The notes under the pieces are model-generated. The model was not told the origin of the DNA, did not search any database, and saw only the letters and a program-made list of their open reading frames with translations. This document shows positions 55,704 through 64,000 of a DNA stretch of 64,000 nt, in pieces; the stretch's first letter is position 1; the number at the start of each line of letters is the position of its first letter. Location: NCBI RefSeq assembly GCF_006345805.1, contig NC_043012.1, forward strand, positions 18,166,001-18,230,000, written 5' to 3'. The DNA is from Octopus sinensis. Taxonomy: Eukaryota. The position numbers were made by a program, and so were the translations under genes.

Positions 55704-55780
<77 letters not shown>

Positions 55781-55859
55781 ATATATGCATATATATGTAT
55801 ATAAATATATATATATATACACGCACATATATACATATGTATATATGTGTATATACATA

Positions 55860-57459
55860 CAGTTGCGGCCAAAATTTTCAGAACGACATTGTTTTCGTCA
55901 GAAACGTATGTATAAAGTTTTTATCAAAGTAGTTTTATATTCTATAATTTTCACAGACAATAAATACAATATTAATTGTTATTGTCTGAGATTTTGGTGT
56001 AATTTGAGAGGATAATACATGATTTAGGGATTTACTGCAAAACCCATGGCGGCAAAAATGATCAGAATAGTTGAAAAAAAAACAAAATAATAAAAAATGA
56101 CCGAGAATACTGGAATTATTTAATATTTAGTGTGAAGCCCTTTAGCTTCAATCACACTCTGACATCTTCGACTGCATGAGGAAATTAAATTTTCAATTTC
56201 TTCCTCGGTGATCTTATTCCATTCTTCCTGAAGGGCATTCCATAATTGCTCAGTTGTTTTAGGATTTCTGGCTTTCGAACGTTCTCCTAGAATATTCCAT
56301 ACATTTTCAATAGGATTGAGATCTGGGCTTTGAGCAGGCCAATCCAAAACAATAACCTTTTCCGCCTTGAGGAAGTTCATGACCACCTTAGCCTTGTGAC
56401 ATGGGGCATTTTCCTACATGAATATGGGTGGTCGCTTAGTTGAATTTCTCAGCACAGACAAGACATGATCTTTTACAAGTTGTTTATAAACTCCTGCATT
56501 TACCTTTCCATGTAATCGCACCATCTCCAGATATCATCCCCAAACCATGACACTTCCTCCACCGAATTTAACACTAGTCTTAAGGCATTTAGGCGACATG
56601 TTTTCACCTACTTTTCTACGAACGTACCTTTTCCCATCTGAGCCAAAGAAAATAAACTTAGATTCATCCCTGAAATGCACCGTTTGCCATTTTTCTTGAG
56701 ACCACAACACATGTTTGGTTGCAAAGGTAAGACGACACTTTTTATTCTTGGAACTGATCAGTGGCTTCACTGCAGGTGCTCTTGCTTGTAGGTCATGTTC
56801 AACTAAACGACGAGACACAGTTTTTCGAGATAACGTTTTCTTACAATGCTCATTTCCCGAGAAACAGCAGCAGCAGTTTTAAATCTGTCCTTTTTCACCA
56901 ACTTTACCATAGCACGATCTTCTCTCTTGGTCGTTTTCCTTGGCCTACCTGTAAACTTTCTTGCTTCACACGAACCACAAACATCGTAGACCTTAAGAAT
57001 ACCGTGTACAACACTTTTTAACTTGTTAACAATCATTGCAATAGATCCAATACTTAAATTATCCTTCCTTCGAAGCTTAATAATCTGCTGACGAATTGGT
57101 AAAGGAGTAAGTGGCATTATATTAACAAAGTACACTGCAAATATTCTTACTAATGTTTAGTAAACGAGCCGTCACGTAAACAAATTCAAAACATTAGAGT
57201 TCGCCGGTTAAATATACTAAAACACGGAGTAAAAGCAACCGTTCTGACAATTTTGGCCGCCATGGGTTTGCAGTAAATCACTAAATCATCCATAACTTTT
57301 GTATTATCCTCTCAAATTACACCAAAATCTCAGGCAATAACAAATAATATTGTATTTATTGTCTGTGAAAATTATAGAATATAAAACAACTTTCCTAAAA
57401 AAATTATTTCTACTTTTCTGACGAAAACAATGCCGTTCTGAAAATTTTGGCCGCCACTG
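55860..57459 (-). mobile_element. Full-length (1600 bp) defective Tc1-like DNA transposon, long IR/DR TIRs, TA TSD
   Basis: TIRs about 55860-56067 and 57242-57459 start with CAGT and are flanked by TA. Transposase 57117 to 56120 has GRPRKT, DESKF, VKFGGGSVMVWG and WPAQSPDLNPIENVW. Confidence 0.97.
56120..57117 (-). pseudogene. Tc1 DD34E transposase pseudogene
   Basis: Split over three ORFs by frameshifts; in-frame TAG at 56414-56416 and the second catalytic Asp reads Glu (FM*ENAPCH). Confidence 0.92.
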
Positions 57460-57599
57460 TATATATATATGTATATAGGTATGTATATATACACAAATAT
57501 ACATATATATATATATATATATACTGTCTCTTTTCTGTCTATTTATCTCCCTCTCTTATTCTTCATCCTTTCTGATATTCTCTCACACCCAACGTTTTT

Positions 57600-57960
57600 T
57601 CTTCTCCCCTTTTCACTGTTCCGTCTTTGGAAGTTGCAGTCAATTATGGAGACTGACTCCATGTTCACAGCGAAGTTGGGTGTCTGGATGGCCCCTGTGC
57701 AAATACAATACCTGTACAAAGACAAGTGTTTTAATGAATGACCTATAGAGCGGAAATGATGCGAGACCGGTGTGTCATTGCCGAGCCTAATGACTTGGAG
57801 AAGCTCCACAATCCCGTCCGCCAAGCGGTGTCCCGTTTGATCAATGTACAGAGAAGGACAAAAAGAGCAGGAGATGCAGTAAATGACGTTGCTAGAAGCG
57901 CAGGTAAAGGAGTCAATGATATGATAGGGGCGATGATGGGTGCCTGTATGGATGGTGATG
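57600..57960 (-). mobile_element. Penelope-like element GIY-YIG endonuclease fragment
   Basis: FTCASSNVIYCISCSFCPSLYIDQTGHRLAD...PVSHHFRSIGHS: VIY...YIG-type motif with the CxxC/HxxxxH residues typical of PLE endonucleases; G-to-D change in YIG. Confidence 0.88.
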
Positions 57961-58235
57961 TGGGAGAGATATACAGGAAGAGAACGAGAGAGAGAGAGAG
58001 GGGGGACAGTGATTCTATCGTTCATTACTTTTACCTTTAAAATGTTATAGGCATTAGATTACAAGTATGCTTCATCACCGACCTGAAGAGTTTTAGTCTT
58101 ACAAATCGAATCAACATTCGTTATTTTGTCTCCTATTTACTGAATCGATTTCTTTAGCCCAGCTGATATTTAAATCTACGTAAATAAACCAACTGTAGTT
58201 CTCATGCTGTTGTGGTGGGGTGTGACATACCCAGA

Positions 58236-58316
<81 letters not shown>

Positions 58317-58317
58317 T

Positions 58318-58597
58318 AGAACGAGTGGTCTAGCATATTAAAAAAGAATCCGAAGATTAAAATATTTATATATACCAATTAAGGACTGAACACGACAAGT
58401 GGAAAGTCAACATGCTAGATATAGACGTCAAATCGCCATTCTCCACAAAATATTATGTTCTCAGAAACTCAGCACAAAACCAAAGTGCTGAGTTTGATTT
58501 GAGAGCATAATCTTTTGTGGAGAATGGCGATTTGATGTTTATATCTAGCGTGTTGACTGTCCACTTTTCGTGTTCAGTCCTTAATTGGTATATATAT
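58318..58597. mobile_element. Fold-back element (family E) in (TA)n
   Basis: Imperfect arms about 58367-58475 and 58485-58597; 9-nt loop; about 50-nt left-only extension. Confidence 0.75.
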
Positions 58598-58644
58598 ATA
58601 TACATTATATATATATATATATATATAATATATATATATATATA

Positions 58645-58815
58645 CGAAGGACTTCATCAGAATGTCCTTCTATCAAATTCACTCACGAAGCAATAGTCAG
58701 CCCTCTGGGTTCGTAGAACACGTCTGCCTCAGGTGCTGCGCAGCGTGACTGAATCTGATTTCTGGTGGTTGCGAAGCGAAATTTTTGACCACAAATCATG
58801 TGTCTGCGCCTATAA
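58645..58815 (-). mobile_element. Degenerate SINE family-2 5' half
   Basis: 'atacgaaggacttcatcag...aaattcactcacgaagc...gtagaacacgtctgcctcaggtgctgcgcagc...ctgcgccta'. Confidence 0.7.
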
Positions 58816-59084
58816 TACATTGCAGATAACGACTGAGCCAATTTACTAAATTATCTTTTGTTAAAATTACTCTTAACTTTCAAACCTGCGACTAACATTT
58901 GTAGAAGTTCCAACCACAAAGCTATTGATCAACAACGAGAACGCCGTTTACACAAGAGGTTGGTCTTTTTATCTTTTCCTTCCACTTTTTATCTTTCCTT
59001 TTCCTTTTTTTCTAAATTTCTCTTTTTACATAATTTTTTCCCTATCATATACTTCTCTGCCTCTAGCTCTCATTTTGGCACAAA

Positions 59085-59135
59085 ATCTTCCTCCTCATCT
59101 TCTTCTTCTACTTCTACTTCTTCTTCTTCTTCTTC

Positions 59136-59167
<32 letters not shown>

Positions 59168-59516
59168 CTTCTTCTTCTTCTTCTTCTTCTTCTTCTTCTT
59201 CTCCGCCTCCTCCTCCTTCTTTTGATTTTGTAAAACTTCTTGTTCTTGCTTTTCTCTCCTGTATTTCCTCTTTTACTACTACTACTACTATTACTACTAA
59301 TGCTATTACTATTGCTGCTGCTGCTGCTACTACTACCACCACTACTACTACTATTAATACTGCAAATACTACTACTACTACTAATAATAATAATAATAAT
59401 AATACTGCTGCTGCTGCTGTAACTACTACTACTACTACTACTACTAATGCTATTACTACTGCTGCTGCTACTACTACCACCACTACTACTAATACTACAA
59501 CTACTACTACTACTAC

Positions 59517-59550
<34 letters not shown>

Positions 59551-59562
59551 GCTGCTGCTGCA

Positions 59563-59604
<42 letters not shown>

Positions 59605-59610
59605 GCTACT
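59085..59610. repeat. Compound trinucleotide array (TCT, ACT, GCT, AAT)
   Basis: Directly visible; source of the poly-S/T/N/A ORF 58858..59676. Confidence 0.95.
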
Positions 59611-60125
59611 TTTTCTGTCCTTTCTTTGAATATTATTACTAAACAAACAGAATTTTACCCTCGTTTTGCAAAATGAATAGACGTTTTACGTCACGTATAA
59701 CATAAAAGTGATTAGAAGCAAAACTGATTGGTTCATTTTATGCTAAGAGAAACACTCACATCGAAAAATATTTTGCGAAAGTGTTTATTATGAATAAATT
59801 CTTCATTTTAGTAGCGTATTCGCCGATTATAAAATTAAATGGAGAAGGTCAAATGACTGTTTGCTGGTGTTCGCTAGGAAGAGTTTTAAGCTACTAATTA
59901 ATCCTGTAATAAAGTAATGCTTTATAAATGTATTCATTACCAACTTAATGAATTTATTACCATCTTAATAAATTTATTAGTATTTCTGATGCTCACGTTT
60001 CAGGTGTTCAATTAGGAACGTAATATTCAATCCCACAATTTAAGGAGCTTGTAATAATTTACATTATTAACAATATTTACATTATTTGCCATTGACGGAT
60101 ATTTGTCCTCATCTTGTTTATTGTT

Positions 60126-60171
60126 AACACAACGTTGCGGCTTATATACCCTCCAGCCTTCATCAGGTGTC
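60126..60171 (-). ncRNA. Minimal HHR motif with core mutation (GAAA to GCAA)
   Basis: GACAC-CTGATGA-A-GGCTG-gagggtatat-AAGCC-GCAACGTT-GTGTT. Confidence 0.55.
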
Positions 60172-60250
60172 TTGGGGAAAATTTCGAACCTGGGTTCGCA
60201 TTCCTAAGGTATTTTTCGGCATTCTTCTTCTTCTTCTTCTTCTTCTTCTT

Positions 60251-60342
<92 letters not shown>

Positions 60343-60433
60343 CATTATTATTATTCAGGTCACAACCTAAAATCAAACTCGGAATCTTGGGGTTAGTAGC
60401 CCGCGCTCTTAACCACCACGACATATGCCCCAA

Positions 60434-60479
60434 GATACCTGATGAAGGCTTGAGGGTATATTAGCCGAAACGTTGTGCT
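60434..60479 (+). ncRNA. Minimal HHR motif, core intact, weakened stems
   Basis: GATAC-CTGATGA-A-GGCT...AGCC-GAAACGTT-GTGCT; palindromic ACGT replaces stem III. Confidence 0.65.
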
Positions 60480-61312
60480 AACAACAAACAAGATGAGGAC
60501 AAATGTCCGCCAATTGTAAATAATGTAAATAATATAAATAATGTACATGCTTCCTCAACTCTTAAATATAGAACTTGTAATAATTGTTACAAATTCTGGC
60601 AGAAGGCGAACGGTTTTGATCAGTGGTGTTAAGTTTACTGCATTGAACCTAGTAATCATGCGGCCCTTATTTTACTGATCCTGAAAGAACGAAAGTTGAC
60701 TACTTCAGGGTTTTAGGTACTTAAAAAGGCGGAAGTAAGTATTTTGTACGGTCTGTTAAACATTCTGTCAGTTCACCGTTTTAAATAAACTTGTAATGGT
60801 TATTTTTCTCAGCTTGTTATAAGGCCTGAAACATTTATGTTGCGTGTAAGTCGATTATATCGAACCAGATATGCTAGAAGGCCAAGTAAACCTCAGCGGG
60901 TTTTGAACTCAGAACGTAAGGAGCCGGAAGACATGCTGCTACGTACGTTGCTGGATTCACTAACGATTTTGCCAGCTCACTACGGTGTGTGTGTGTGTGT
61001 GTGTGTTGTGTGTGTGTGTGTGTGTGTCTGTGTAGGGTATAAGGATTACATATAGTCCAGTGTTCTATTGGTACTTATTTTATCGAACCCGAAAGGATGA
61101 AATACAAAGACGACCTCGGCTGAATTTGAAAATTACAAAAATCAAAAAAAAAAAAAAGACGAAGACCTGCAAAAAAATCACTCTAAATATTTTGTATAAG
61201 GGGCTTAAGATACCGCTAACCTCCGGGCTTACAGAAACTTCTAGTAACAAGAAAAATAACACCAAACAACGACGACAATTACAACAAATGCAATAATTGC
61301 CGGAGTATTGTA

Positions 61313-61356
<44 letters not shown>

Positions 61357-61429
61357 TAGTAGTAGCAGCAGCAACAGTAGCAGCAGCAGTAGTAGAAGTA
61401 GTAGTAGTAACAGCATCAGCAGCAGCAGC

Positions 61430-61467
<38 letters not shown>

Positions 61468-61580
61468 CAGCAGCAGCAGTAGTAGTAATAGTAGTAGAAG
61501 TAGTAGTAGTAGTAGTAGTAGCACCAGCAGTAGTAGCAGTATTAGCAGTATTATTATTATTATTATTAGTAGTAGTAGTA
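61313..61580. repeat. Compound (AGT)n/(AGC)n/(ATT)n microsatellite
   Basis: Directly visible. Confidence 0.95.
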
Positions 61581-62699
61581 GTGTGCGTGTGTGATACGTA
61601 TGCATTTATCTCCCGTGGTAGCAAAATGAGTTTAGTATAAATCTGACCTGTGTGGTTATCTCGCTTAGTGTCTTGCAATAAATGAGAAGCTCTTCCTTTA
61701 TGAAAAATTGCTTTTATTTGAGGTGTCGTTGAGGCATTCATCATGGTGAATGCCTTCACTCACCGTTGAAGGCATTGCCGTAAAATAGACTCGAACACTA
61801 AACGAAACTTTGGAGGTGTATATATATTCGAGCTATGATGTAGTTTCTTCAATCATCTAAATTAATCCAATTTTATTCTCGGTTCGACGTTGTCTGAATA
61901 TGCGTGTTGCATATTCGTTATACCAGAAGATATATACACGCACGGGCGGGATATTACTCATTCCTCCCTCTATCACTCCCACTCTCGCACAAACACACAT
62001 ACATCCGAGCATACGGTCACGTCTGTGTGTGTGATCGTTTGTAAATACAATCAGGCGTATATAGTGGCAGATAAATAAAGATAACTTAGATGAGAGAAGA
62101 TTAACAGTAGTAGAGAGAGAGAGAGAGCGGTAGATGGCGGGCGGTGATTATTAATACTGTAAGACAATCAGTTGAAATAAGTGAAAGACAAAGCTCCATA
62201 TTGTATTGATTAACTACTCTTGAAATATATATATTGCGTTGAAAGTTAGTGAAAGGCTTGCTAGATAAGGAGATATTTTAACTTAAATTATGTATCTCGG
62301 TCGTTAAGCAGAGAACCTCGTCCATAAACTTATCCGAAGTATATTTATCATGTTAACATGAAATTCCCCAAGGTCAGCGTTGAAATATATCGCTAATATT
62401 AACGAATGACTTATTCCCTGCAGGTTTTCATCCTTTTACGCCTGATATTTCCTTCATTATGAGAATTTCAGATTACTAATAGGGTTATTTTATTTCATTT
62501 TTTTATTATTTTTATTTTGCTGTATACTGTGTATTAAATTCATAACGGATACTCAGTAGGACAAAAATTGTTCAATTACTGCATTAAACAAAAACAAATG
62601 ATGCTGCCCAATGTCACGAAGAGTATCTATGGCCAAACTGCATGTATTTCAAATACTATACTTAAAGAAGAAACGAAGCATACACGTAAGCACGTGTGT

Positions 62700-62927
62700 G
62701 TGCGTATGTATGTATGTATGTATGTATGTTATGTATGTATGTGTGTATGTATGTATGTATGTATGTATGTATGTATGTATAATCTATCTAACTAATATTT
62801 TTGATATTACATTCTGCATCAAACGATAAATATTTTAAATTCAAATTTTCACATGGACATAGAGATACACAGTGACTAAACAGGCTTTGCTATCACATAT
62901 TACATTAAAGATATCAATGCCTGTCTG

Positions 62928-63000
<73 letters not shown>

Positions 63001-63055
63001 TTATTTATCTATATATCTATCTATCTATTTATCTATCTACCTATCTTTCTGACTT

Positions 63056-63090
<35 letters not shown>

Positions 63091-63145
63091 TTTTCATTCT
63101 TTCTTTCTATCTATCTGTGTATTGGTCTGCCTTTCTTTCTTTCTT

Positions 63146-63203
<58 letters not shown>

Positions 63204-63204
63204 C

Positions 63205-63258
<54 letters not shown>

Positions 63259-63300
63259 TTACCTATCAATCCATCATCCATCTATCTGTCCATCCATCCA
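62700..63300. repeat. (TATG)n and (CTAT)n microsatellites
   Basis: Directly visible. Confidence 0.95.
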
Positions 63301-63584
63301 CGCTAAATATCATATTTCGAGCTTCTAAGCATCCTGCAGCTTCTCGTCTGTAATAGCCGCTGTTTTTTTTTCTTGGACAAGGCCAACAATTATCAGCGGA
63401 CGACAGTAGTCGATGTTATCGGTGCCTAACTCTTGCGTGGGTCTCAATTCTATTGACCTCAGATGGATTGATTGTAAAGCTTACGTCGCGGGATTCGAAG
63501 TCGGAGCGTAAAGATTCCCAGTCATTGGGACACAGTAGAAATATATATTTTGTATATATCAACATCACAATCAAGGAACGGCCA

Positions 63585-64000
63585 TAATAGGCCATTCACC
63601 CACTAGAAATAACAGCCAAAGCTTCAACCGCAAAATAACATTAATTCCGCAAACCAGGAGAAAATTAAAAAAACGTTTACCCTGTAATTTCTTATACGAT
63701 ACACCGTTTCATCTACTGTTTAATGGTAAACTAACCTGATTAAATTAAATCAAGCCAATCTTCCATAGGCCCTTAGATTCGTCAGTAAGAAATAGCCAGA
63801 TCGGAACAGATATTTTCACGAGGCACTTCTGTCCCTGCCTCGGTAATAAACAGTAAACCATTAAACAGTAGATGAAACGGTGCATCGTATAAGAAATTAC
63901 AGGGTAAACGTTTTTTTTAATTTTCTCCTGGTTTGCGGAATTAATGTTATTTTGCGGTTGAAGCTTTGTCTGTTATTTCTAGTGGGTGAATGACCTATTA
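63585..64000. mobile_element. Long-TIR MITE or fold-back element (runs off the window end)
   Basis: Arms 63585-63727 and 63857-64000 are near-identical inverted repeats around a spacer of about 130 nt. Confidence 0.8.

Larger units (their letters stand above)
55293..55713. mobile_element. Fold-back PLE-like terminal-repeat element (family B) inserted in (TA)n
   Basis: Arms 55375-55540 and 55547-55713 differ only by three 1-nt indels; 6-nt loop; about 80-nt extension on the left only. Confidence 0.85.
60060..60573 (-). mobile_element. Family A element: tRNA-like head, (AAT)n(AAG)n, HHR tail, plus 5' inverted partial tail, with 12-bp TSD
   Basis: Head 60430-60356 (minus), microsatellite 60355-60222, tail to 60060, inverted tail copy 60428-60575 (plus); CTTGTAATAATT at 60048-60059 and 60574-60585. 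Confidence 0.85.

Noticed and set aside
58078-58125. CTGAAGA-GTTTT...AAATC-GAAT next to the PLE endonuclease relic
   Set aside because: Mismatched stem II, broken GAAA and no stem I; could be a fossil but is indistinguishable from chance.
58858-59676. 272-aa ORF as a mucin-like protein
   Set aside because: It is almost entirely trinucleotide repeat, starts at a non-ATG codon, and the flanking residues are low-complexity.
63728-63856. Hammerhead in the spacer of the terminal fold-back (CTGACGA on the minus strand; hairpin followed by TGAAAATAT)
   Set aside because: The core halves and hairpin are not in the correct order or spacing.

Overview
AT-rich, microsatellite-saturated eukaryotic DNA. 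The repeat content (tRNA-headed SINE families, Dong/R4-like, CR1/L2-like and Penelope-like retroelements, Tc1/mariner and pogo relics) looks like a coleoid cephalopod, probably Octopus (inference). I cannot support any host protein-coding exon, so the window is intergenic or deep intronic, and almost all listed ORFs are microsatellite translations or transposon debris. The most notable signal is a set of short non-coding fold-back elements from several unrelated families that carry minimal type I hammerhead ribozyme (HHR) motifs and have Penelope-like-element (PLE) architecture: an inverted partial copy plus a one-sided extension, with 12-bp target-site duplications (TSDs) in two cases. One family fuses a tRNA-like head to an HHR tail (60.06-60.57 kb). 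One has a compensatory G3-C8 catalytic core (18.2 kb). One is a near-perfect 166-bp hairpin with an intact HHR on each strand (55.4-55.7 kb). Also present: a 10-copy 170-bp tandem array made from a SINE 3' half, a 1.63-kb tandem duplication containing a palindromic YY1-type motif, and a full-length but defective IR/DR Tc1 element. All analysis was done by eye, with no database searches.
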